From: Tubulanus polymorphus
Lineage: Eukaryota; Animalia; Nemertea
Length of the DNA stretch: 64,000 nucleotides
Assembly (NCBI RefSeq): GCF_964204645.1
Contig: NC_134033.1
Location: forward strand, 4,364,231-4,428,230
Reading direction: 5' to 3'
Made by a program: the position numbers and the translations under genes. Positions 1 through 11,600 of this stretch are shown one piece after another. Each line of letters starts with the position of its first letter. Position 1 is the stretch's first letter. Below the pieces are notes generated by a model. That model saw only the letters and a program-made list of their open reading frames with translations. It was not told where the DNA came from and ran no database searches.

Positions 1-3000
1 GATTACACCTGAAAATCGACGCCTTCGCTTGAAAAATATTCACATATTATCAGAACACGAATATCAAACTGATAAATGTTTTCTCAAGGTGACATTATTA
101 TGTGAACAGTTTCTGAGATTAAGTAATCGGTTTCTTAATAACAGTCTCGTAAAAAACACTGTAGATTTCACAGGTAATGAGTTTGTATTCTGGCAAGAAC
201 CACTAATAGTTAAACTACGTCGTAAATGTCTAGGAGTGAAAAAAGCGGTTAGTTTTGGATTTCTTGGATCCCGTCTTCCAGTTACTACTAAAGATGAATG
301 TGGACTCGTTCAGGCACCAAACTACCCGGGTTTGGCAGACCCTACATCAAAATCTATTTCCTATAAATTCGAAAACCCGATACAACAAAAAATATTTCAA
401 TATTACAGATTTATTGTCAAATTTATTGGATCAATTTCATGCGAAACAAACAGCAGGGTCGAGAATGATCCGATCATTTTGATACAAACAATAAATTACG
501 CCCTCTTTCTAAATGGAAAATATTACAAAACCATTTTAACCCAACATGAAACTAAAATATGTGATAATAACGCGGTTCGTGGACTTATATTTTATAGTTT
601 AACAGATAATACTCTGCGTTTTGAAGTAAAAAATGGTATACCCATCTTTCAAATACAATACACTTTACACGAGTCGTTACCGATTAAACATTTCGATGAT
701 TTCTACTGTAAACAAGGATTTCTGGATTCCGGAATTTCCTGCATCAAATTCATCAGAGATGAACGTCTGAATTGGGAGAACGCTGAAATATACTGTAGAC
801 AGAAGTACGCGGGACATCTACTCAGTATCAACTCAGAACAGGAAATGATTTCCATCAAAAGATTATTCGCTACACAACTTCTCCGAATGGCGTACTCATT
901 AAAAGCGCTCATAATGATGATTGGATTGCAATGGAAGGTAAGACTAATATATTTAAATATGAATTAGAATAGGATGATTTTCAAAGAAATGATATATTTC
1001 ATTTTCTTCACGAAACAGAATGATGGTTATTACACGTGGACTGACGGTAAACCATTGAGCTACACAGAGTGGTATAAACCTGTTATTAATGAAACGATAC
1101 CAGAAGTTATTCGAGGATTGATATCTCCGCTAAGAAAACAACCGATAAATGACGTGTACGGCAATGATACTGAATAATCCACGAGGATCGGCGAACTGGG
1201 TTCGATTCCCGTGTCAAATCGAGGAGACGCACACGACATTCATTTGTGAATCCGAGAGAAGCGACTTCAAAGACAAACACAATTCAACGATAGACGATGC
1301 GAACAATTCAACAAATACAGACTTAAATAAAACCATATATCAAATGATTCCCGATATTACTTTGATTAATTCAACCTGTCCAAGAGGTTGGGTAACTATT
1401 TCTGGACAATGTTATCAAATACTAACCGACTGGAAAACCAATCGAGGTTTGAATATTCGGAGTGCTAGAGAAATGTGTCACAGCATCCGCGCCGAAATAG
1501 TAAGAATCACCTCAAATACAGAAAGCGACTTGAAAAATTTGATCAACGAATTTCAATATCGACATCAATATGGCGCCATACTGACAATGGACCGCGACGG
1601 ATTTATAGTTATCAAACCATTGGTGACCAGAAATGAAATTACTTATATTCAATCAGTTAAATGGTTATTGAAACCTTTCGATATTAGAAAAGATAAAGTG
1701 CATTCCGTGTTATGTACCTATAATGTAACTGGTGAAGAGTTAGCTTCTATAAGCGGTTGTAAATCGTGGCAGTTTGAATGTAACGATCAAAGATGTATCA
1801 GCGACCATCGCGTATGCGATACCAGACACGACTGTCAACACGGTGAAGATGAACTCGATTGTACGGATATCAATTTACACAGTCACTTCCGCTGTAACGA
1901 TGGACAGGTTATATCGATTAGCGGTTTCTGCGACTTTATGAGAGATTGCGTCGATGGCTCGGATGAGAACTCTTGCTATCATCCACCGTGTTTATCTACG
2001 CAATATCGCTGTTCCAATCAGCAATGCATCGATAGTTATAAACGATGTGACGGACTAGCCAACTGTAAAGACGGTTCCGATGAGATCGGTTGCAATGCCG
2101 AAAATTGCCAGGGGTTCTCGTGCGCGGACGGTGAATGTATCAGTTCCCAGTTGTATCGGGATGGTGTCGTGGATTGTAGCGGAAGTCTCGAAGAAGACGA
2201 ATTGGTCAATAATATGACAGTGAATCCCGAGGTTTACTGTAATAATGACAATCACTGTACGACTCGTTTCACAGATCTGTGTAAGGAATCGGATGAACAA
2301 AGATGTTCGTTTAATTCTCCTCGCTGTTATTCCCGACACGAAAGGTGTATTTTAGAAAGGATGCAAATAGGTTTCCCGGTATGTAGAAATCTTGAACATA
2401 TACTCGCGTGTAATGACTTCGAATGCGCGGCTGGTACTGTAAAATGTCCGGCATCTTACTGTATACCGATCAGACACGTTTGTGACGGTCGATCCGATTG
2501 TCCTAATTCAGAAGATGAACGAAACTGCGAGACTTGGTCGTGTCCGGGAATGTTTAAATGTGGCCAGGAAAACCGATGTATTCCGCAATCTGAAGTTTGC
2601 GACGGTGTCGTAAATTGTAAAGATAACTCGGATGACGAGTCATACTGTAAGGTCACGTGTCCTGAACGTTGTAATTGCCGGGGTCATTTCATCGATTGTG
2701 AAAACGCTCTTTTATCAGATATTACTGGCCGTTTTATAGAATCAACTCGGGTTTTAATTTTGTCGAATAACCGAGTCGTATTTAACGAGTCGACGTTCAA
2801 CTCTTTCATTTATCTTCGTTTTCTCGACATTTCGGGCAATAATTTGTCTTACATCGTTCCCTACGCGTTTTCTAATCTAAACAATCTTTACAGATTAGAC
2901 CTTACTCACAACCGTATAACATCATTATCTGCTAATACATTCGCAGGTTTGTTCGGTTTAAAACAACTATTTCTTATCGGAAATCCGCTGCAACATTTAG

Positions 3001-4261
3001 AAGACGGTAGTTTCCGAGGTCTCACGTCACTAACTGTTCTCGATCTTCACGGACTTTCTATATCGGTTCTCGGTGGAAATGTGTTTAAAGGTTTATCCGC
3101 ATTACAGTCGTTAAATATCAGCAGTAACAGAATCCATTATATTTCCAGCTATGCTTTTTCTGGATTGGTTCGACTTGAAATTTTAAACCTTGTCAACAAT
3201 TTTGAAGTAATATCCGTACAAAGAAACGTCCTTGGCGATCTTACATCATTGAAATACCTCGCATCGGATGCTAACAAATTTTGCTGCATGGCACCGAATG
3301 TTGACCGATGTCTCCCCGAAGCTGATCAATTTTCGACCTGCTCTGACCTGATGGGTAACGCTGTACTGAGAGCCATCATCTGGATGATCGCATCTTTCAG
3401 TTTTCTCGCTAACAGTATCGTTATTTTATTTCGGGTTCAAGCTTTGCGGGTGGAATTCTCCGGAACACGTAACACGTCTTCAGATATCCTCATCATAAAT
3501 ATTGCAAGTTGTGATTTTCTGATGTCGGTCTATTTGTTTTTGATCGCGGGAGCTGATCACGCGTTCAAAGACGTTTATTATCTGAATTCTGAAACCTGGA
3601 CGGATAGCTCATTATGTCGTCTCGCTGGGGTTATTGTCGCCGTTTCCTGCGAAGGTTCCTTGACTTTTCTCTTAATTCTAACGCGTCAGAGATATTCAAA
3701 TATCGTTAACCCGTTTTCTAGAAGTCCGATTATAACTCCGAAATACGTTATCGGTATTTGCTGCATTTGTTGGCTCGTTATAAGCACAGTTTCTATTCTA
3801 CCGCTGTCATCGTCGTCTTACTTCGGAGACAATTTTTACGGTACAACCGGAGTTTGTTTGCCTATGAATTTACTGACGATCGACGTCAATGGCTGGCACT
3901 ATTCATTCGCTATTTTTGCCTTGTTTAATGCAGCCATATTGGCTACGATAATGACGACGTACGCTCAGATGTATAGACTCGTATCTGGAAGTAGGTCGGG
4001 CTCGGGTAAGGCCGATCCTACCGATTGGTTTTAGCTCGAAGGAGTTTAGTAATCAATCTTTGTAATCTATTTTGCTGGCTACCGATGATAATCGTTCAGT
4101 TTTGCGCCGTATTTTCGGTCGAGATACCGAACCAGGTGGCCGCGTGGCTGGCCGTTCTATTTTTACCGATCAACTCGTCTCTGAATCCGCTTCTTTATAC
4201 AATACTAATTATCGATATGAAATCAATTAGAATGAGATATAAACGTCAACAAAAGAAGTAG
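1..4261 (+). pseudogene. GRL101/LGR-like giant GPCR, copy A (5' part outside window); two frameshifts
   Basis: Exon <1-937, GT-AG intron 938-1018, exon 1019-4261. Encodes C-type lectin, LDLa repeats, LRRs and a 7TM domain ending PINSSLNPLLY. Versus copies B/C it lacks 11 bp at ~1155 (caatatgccgt), and versus B it lacks 1 bp at ~4025; this splits it into ORFs 974-1177, 1149-4034 and 4025-4261. Confidence 0.85.
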
Positions 4262-6124
4262 ATTAAGAACACTTCACTAGCAATAAATGAGCTTTAAAAG
4301 GAATCGTTTTAGTTTTCATCGTCGCGCACCAAACTCTAGTAATTAATCTAAAGAACAAAGGACAGATATTAACGGTGACCTTTGGGCCCGTGGTCCATTC
4401 AGTTTTGTTTTTCATCACTTCTTTATCTGAACAATTCATATGAAATAGTGTTATTTTCGTAGCTATTAGATTAATCGTATATTCTTTGTTGAATGCAATT
4501 TATAGTATTTACTTCAGGATGTGGATTTAAGGGGCTCGGTGAGGTCTTTACTGGCCAGTGCAATTGAAATAGACGATTACATAGATGACGACTTATTAAT
4601 TTATGAATGTATTCACTGATGTAGTGTGAGCGTGTTTGTAAGAATGATTGGTTTGATTTTTCTTTTAGGGCGGCACGGCTCCGATAGATCTCTGTGATCT
4701 CTTCGTGTAGCACACATTTTCTTGTTACATTTTGTCACTGTATATTATGCGATATCAATAATGTAATAATGTAACGACCTTATGAAAAATAAATACTATA
4801 CTATTATACTAAATATGCCACCGAATGAAATTATTTTTCAGCCACCATCGAACCGTATGGTGACCGATTCGGGTAAACGAAATTGCCACGTAAAAGAAAG
4901 TGCAATATACCCCATGCAAAATATCATAAGCATTGAATATCATGATTGATATATGCAATCAATAGACTACGAAGTCAAGTTCAACGCTAAAAAGACTATA
5001 TATTTTATCTACTTGTTCTTCCCTGGTAGGATCAGAATCATTGATAATCACAGTGTTTTATTTCAATCATCAAGACCACATTATTTAAGTATCAAAAACT
5101 GGTATGCACTTGGGTAATATGATCGCTACCGATGAGACAGACTCTCAACGGATATACCACGTGATGTGTGATTTAAACAGAATAGTAGATTTATTTCTCT
5201 CACAATTTAATCATGTTAACCCATTTATCAGATTTAATTTCGAAAGTTGACTATATTCGAGTATATTGGAGCGTTGCTCGCCACAGTTACATTTTCGGTC
5301 ATCGAAGCGTTCAGATTCAACAGGTTTAACGTTTATGATTATTTGTCCTAGTTTAATTCCGGTCACGATACAGTTGGATTGACAGGTACTTTCGTTGATC
5401 ACGCTTAATCAGTTATCAGAATAGAACACTAACTCTCCATTTATCCACTAATTCTGGACAATGAACTAATTGAAATTTGGTTTTTAATGGCTCACAGAAT
5501 ACACAGAGTCGAAACGTCTCTTAGTTTTTCTTCTAAGTGTGGGTTTATCAACTAACAGTATGAAGAGTTAGCCTATAGATAATGCTTTGGTACGATCCTC
5601 AGGAAATGACGGAAATCGTTTTTCCATATCAACCACTTTTGAGGGTAGGTGCCGAATGGATGCTCCATCTTTTAGTTTTATGTAGGACCCAGTTTCATTA
5701 ACTGAATATTTTGGTTTAATCGCTTTCAATGCGGAAAAAAATTCAAACTCAACCGCGATTTAAAGTTAGAGCTTTTTCATAAATCTCTTGCCGTTTTCGT
5801 ATAAGCAAGTAAATTCCTTTAGGTAAGCGAAGTTGTTATTCAGCCATATGAACTGTTCAAACCCGTCAGTTTTACGGTACCGAGTATCCATTGTATTAAG
5901 TACGCTTAATGCGGGTATCAGTTTGTATCCATGGAACCACATCGCTTCAAGCGATCACCATTGAAAGGCTGCTGATTGAATGTATCTTATGTCTGGTGTA
6001 GTTCATTTTTTCCGGGGTGACCTCTGGTTCAAAAATATATTAGATTTTTAATTTTAGAAATATAACAGATTCAAAGTTCTAAATTCTAACATTCATTTGT
6101 TCATAGATTTGATCATAGCAAAAA

Positions 6125-6270
6125 GCCCCTGCCCCTGCCTCTGCGCCTGCCCCTGCGCCTGCCCCTGCGCCTGCGCCTGCGCCTGCCCCTGCCCCTGCCC
6201 CTGCCCCTGCCGCTGCCCCTACCCCTGCCCCTGCCCCTGCGCCTACCTCTGCCTCTGCCTCTGCCTCCTC
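6125..6270. repeat. GC-rich hexamer microsatellite (GCCCCT/GCGCCT/GCCTCT)n
   Basis: Seen directly; generates the spurious CPCP and GRGR ORFs. Confidence 0.95.
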
Positions 6271-6642
6271 TCCCTTTCCCTCTCCAATAATAAATATGAC
6301 AGCTAGTGATAAACATCACGGTTAGATATATCGTTTCATAGCGATGTATAAATATTACAAGAATTTTCGTCTCTCATCCAAATATGTTAAAAATCTAATG
6401 GTTTTAGTCTCAGACAATAGAGCGGGTTACAACTAATACATGTAGTTTGTAAGATCTAATATGCAAAGTCAAGTTGTTTATATACCGATAAAACGTAAGA
6501 CTCTTCGTAACTATTGGAAATAAACACTTCGAACACAATAATTAGAATCATTACATTCAATGATGCCAGTCAAATTTCGATGGTTTAGCTTAAATTCAAT
6601 CGCAAATCACTGTTCACATTTGATCCGAGTTCAGATTGAGTC

Positions 6643-8660
6643 AATTTGAAAAATCGGAAATTCTGAAAAAAGAAGTAAAAAAACCTGAAAATAGAGAGAA
6701 ACCCTGGAAAAAAAGAAGCATGACAGGATCCTGAAATAAAGATATAAGGCATAAGTAATAAACAAACTGCTATTTCTATATGTAGACCTAGAGACCCACA
6801 GGACCCTCGACGCAAATAGAACCCTATTTATTAATTAACGCATTTGATTTAAGATTGTATTAATATTCATGCACTCCTTTAACTTACTAACTCACCGAGT
6901 AAGTTCCTTAACTAACTTAACCTATAAAACATAATTTTAGCTGTTATTGTTTTTCTAACTTACAGTTTATCCAATCCTGTGCGTGTAATGAATGAATCCA
7001 ATGATCATCCTTGAGTCAATTTGAATCCTTGTGTTTTAACAGTTTTTAGCACAGTTTATATAAATCCGGTAATTAGTTTGAGCGCGATTCCATTCCAACT
7101 AAATCCTGCACAAGAAGACAATTCAAATCCATTTAATTTCCAGTAACAGCTAAGTTTTTGAGAACAGTTTATCTTTAATTCGTTTCAACACGATTCCATA
7201 CATGTTCACAAGAGGTGTCTACTTTTTACGGGAGACAGTTTGAGCACCTCTGTCCAGACTGGTAAACCATATACTATCGCGATAACCTCTAGGTGTGAAC
7301 ATACACGGACACCCAAATGTAATAATCTGTGCGAACGACAAGAATTTTCGAACACAATGACGTTCCATATTTCATATTATCTAACTATCGGGGTCACTGG
7401 TCATAATCCATCTCCGCTCTATAAACTGCGCGGTGACTCTAGTGAAGATATCAATCCATTCTGAACTGCATGAAGTATGTATCAACTTATAGTATGAATC
7501 AGACACTAGCAATATCTAATAGCAGTTGATTTGATTTGAAAATTCAATAATCAAATTTGATAATGCCGCTAACACCAGGTCGTGCTCACAAAACATTACC
7601 ATCTTTGATAGAACGCATAATTAGTCATACTCGACGATGATTGGCTAATTGGTACGAAATATGCATATTCTAAACAGGCTGAAACCAGCTTCGATGCGAC
7701 CCGCGCGTCACGTGGGCATTTGACACATTTCACGTGACTTTTCTCATTTTCTCCTGAAGGTCATTGAATCTGTATCGGAATCTGTTCATTTCAGATATAC
7801 AGTAAACCCCGAATCCTAACAAAAATTATTTCCTGATTTCCTGATATATTTCACGACCATTATCTCGGACGTCGCTTACCTCGGAGCGAAAAACTGATAA
7901 AAGAAGAAATGAGAACACGCGCCATCGAAATATCATCAGTGTTGTTTATGGTTTCGTGAAATTTTTTTCAAATTAGTGATTTTATCGATTTAGTTGCGCG
8001 ACACGTTCATTGAGAGCTGTGTTTATATGAACGTTAGAACTGGACGCGCGTCGGAGAGACACAAACGATCAGTTTAATTGTGTTATACAATGTAACTTTA
8101 TTCAAATATCGTGAACCCGTTTTCTAGAAGACTAATTATAACTCCAAAATACGTTATCGGTATTTGCTGCATTTGTTGGCTCGTTATAAGCACAGTTTAT
8201 ATTCTACCGCTGTCGTCGTCGTCTTACTTGGTTGGTGTTGGTTCTCCGAAAAGTCAATAGCGAACAAGTCCATACCCGCTACAACACGAAGTGCTTAGAG
8301 ACGCAGAATATTTTGAGGTATAGAGAGAAAATGTCATCGAATATTATCAAAAACTGAACGCAGTTCGGGAGCGACAGTAAATATATTTTAGAGAAATAAT
8401 TGCACATAATTATAAACACGATATATTGAAACACGTCTAAATTTAGAAACCGCGGTAATTACTGAAAGTTTCACAAATACGAGACTGACGCCAGTTTGAT
8501 AGGAGATTTTTTTAACAAAATAATTAGACTCTGATCCATTCGTCAACTTTTCATATTAGCGAATTCGTCATTACTTTGCAGCTACTCTTTAAAGGAATGT
8601 CCTGAAAACTTTGGAAATAGTTAGAAATGTGTTTGTTTTGAAGCGTAAATTGTGTTCAAT
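6643..8660 (+). repeat. Duplicated non-coding block upstream of GRL101-like copy B
   Basis: Collinear with 58053-60032 (upstream of copy C); its first ~1 kb also matches 33983-34993. Confidence 0.9.
8099..8229 (+). pseudogene. ~130-bp fragment of the GRL101-like 7TM coding sequence (ICL2-TM4) upstream of copy B
   Basis: tattcaaatatcg...gtcttactt matches 3693-3823 and 14375-14505. Confidence 0.9.
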
Positions 8661-11600
8661 ATGCAGCGAATGAAAGCGTTGTTCGTAGTTTTACTGATCG
8701 CTTGCGGAGACTGTATATTTACGCGGGCCGATCGCGCAAACTCTGTCGAGGAAGCCGCGTCTGTTACAGTCAGTTCATCTTGTAACAACACTCAATACTC
8801 CGTCGATTCTACGTCTGGTTACATCGTTTCACCGAACTATCCGTCGTTAGTGCGCGGTGTTGAATGTCGTTGGTTCGTCAACAGCTCTTTACCGGGAAGT
8901 TTTCTCGTTCAAGTTTACTACGACATCGATCCGTCGATATTCTGTAACGAAAACTACCTTCTCGTCGGTGAGTCCGACAACAAACTCTGCGCTACCGGAA
9001 GAAAACAACTAGATATCCGCAGTAACGATTTGATTTCGTTGTTGTTTAGGAGTAACGTCGATGGAGCGCGAGGTAGTCGGGTTTATATCATATATCGTTT
9101 TGAAGAACAGAGTCCCTTGAAATTGTTACAACATGAATGCAACAAATATTCAGTAAAAGAATTACCAACTCAAACAGGTTATGAATTCATGCTTTCTACC
9201 TCTCGGTGTAAATTGTTGTTGGAATGGATCGGGATGCCAGACGGGTTTGCAATGAATTTAACGTTTATACAGATAGATTTCAGATTAAGACCAGGCGAGG
9301 ATCCAATGAAAACTCGTCCTAAAATTTACGACGGATGGAACAGCACCAGTGAACCTATAGCTCTTGTACGAGAACAAACCGGACATCCACCTTCATCGTT
9401 TTATACTAAAACTAATAAAGCCCGCATTGAATTTGAAAATAGGAATTTGTTTCAGTCGCGGTTAATCGCGCAAGGTTATAAAATATCAGATTGGAACATC
9501 TCTAACCCGTTAATTCAAGTCTATAATAAATCAGGACTGCTCACTACTATTGATGGAATACCACATATAGTAACTCAGTCTAAACACTTATACTGCTGGT
9601 CTATCACAGTCGAGGTTCTGCAGTATGTCGTCTTCAACTGGACACGTGATCTCGTCTCGTCACCAGGTGTCGTTGGTGTATATAAACAGGAAGGGTTACG
9701 TATTGTGAGAACCGATATATTACTCAGTTATAACAATCTTAAATCTCTGAGTGTAAAATCAGACGGATTTCTCTTGATTTTGTGCGTTATAGCGACTTCA
9801 GATTATTTAAGATCGAATCCGAAAATAGAATTTGAATTGAAATCAACGACAATAACAGACGTCTACGTTAACAAGCCAAGGATATTGGTAAGTTTTACAA
9901 AATGTCGTGGTAATTCGTTTTTTTTCTAATTATCTATGATTTAGATTATCATATTGACGGATTTGACCAGTGAAATCTGGGATAACCACGTCATGTGCAT
10001 TTTGGCATAATACATCAGGTTCCCGGAAGATGAAAACGATAGTAACAATGAACTCATTCCCGCTATGTCAACTATCCATTGGTTAACTGTAACCAAATTT
10101 TGGGCATTTGGCCCAAGAAATGCATGTTTACACGGACTAATTGTAATGATAAGCTGGAGAATTGTAACACCTCAAACTATAATTGATATTTCTATCCAAT
10201 TTAGGTGAATTTTATACTGCCATTTTATTCTTATGCAATTCAGTAATCGATTCTCTTACATTTTAGAGACCAAACGCACCGACTTCAATACCAGCTAATC
10301 GACTGTTCCCGAGTTCAAAGAATGCATTGTATCGTGTAACTACATTACAACTAAAGTGGAAAGTGAACATCTATGAAGAACGGCTGAAACTAGCAGTGCT
10401 ATCAGAAAACTGTGATCGAGTTGGTTTTTATATATTTGATGGTAGTAATTTCACAGCTAGACGCTATGGTCCGTATTGTCCTGGTTCATACTACGGTCGA
10501 TCTGTCGTCAGCCTGATTACATCAGGTGGACCGGTTACTGTAGTAGCATACGCTTATTACTATAGCAATAAGTTAACAGTTGGTAGCTCATCTCTTAATT
10601 TTGCTCCTACTGATTGTGATGGTTATGTTCTACATGAAGAAGAACGTCAGATCAAGATGATGTCACACTGTCTCGTGATTACACCTGAAAATCGACGCCT
10701 TCACTTGAAAAATATTCACATATTATCAGAACACGAATATCAAATTGATCGATGTTTTCCCAAGATGTCAAGGTCATGTGATCAGTTTCTGAGTTTGAGT
10801 AATCAGTTTCTTAATAACAATCTGGTATTAAACACTGCAGATTTCACAGTTAATGAGTTTGGATTTTGGCAGCGACCATTAATAGTTAAACTACGTCGTA
10901 AATGTCTAGTGGTGAAAAATACTCAAAGTAATACTGGTATGCTTGTCCCAGTAGTGAGAAAAGATGATGAATGTGGACTTGTGCAGTCACCGAACTACCC
11001 GGGTTGGGCAGGACGTACATCAAAATCTATTTCCTATAGACTTGAAAACCCAAAACAGCAAAACATACTTCAACATTACAGATTAATTATCAAATTTGTT
11101 GGATCAGTTTCATGCGAAACAAGCAACGTGGGTGAGAACGATCCGATTTATTACATACAATCAATAAACTACTACATTTTCCTCAACGGAAAATATTTGA
11201 AAACTAAAAAAAGACAACATGAAATCAAAATATGTGAAAGTAACGCGGTTCGTGGACTTATATTTCATAGTTTAAAAGATAATGCTCTGCATTTTGAAGT
11301 GAAGAATGAAATCCCAACCTTTCAAATACAATACACTTTACACGAGTCGTTACCGATTCAAGATTCCGATGATTTTTACTGTGAACAGGGATTTCTGGAT
11401 TCCGGAATTTCCTGCATCACATTCATCAGAGATGAACGTCTGAATTGGGAGAACGCTGAAATATACTGTAGACAGAAGTACGCGGGACATCTACTCAGTA
11501 TCAACTCAGAACAGGAAATGATTTCCATCAAAAGATTATTCGCTACACAACTTCTCCGAATGGCGTACTCATTAAAAGCGCTCATAATGATGATTGGATT

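Noticed and set aside
1155-4025. Compensating frameshifts (-11 and -1) restoring copy A
   Set aside because: A stop occurs at 1175-1177, long before the second indel.
6097-6319. Cys/Pro-rich and Gly/Arg-rich (protamine-like) ORFs
   Set aside because: Both are translations of a hexamer microsatellite, with no other gene evidence.
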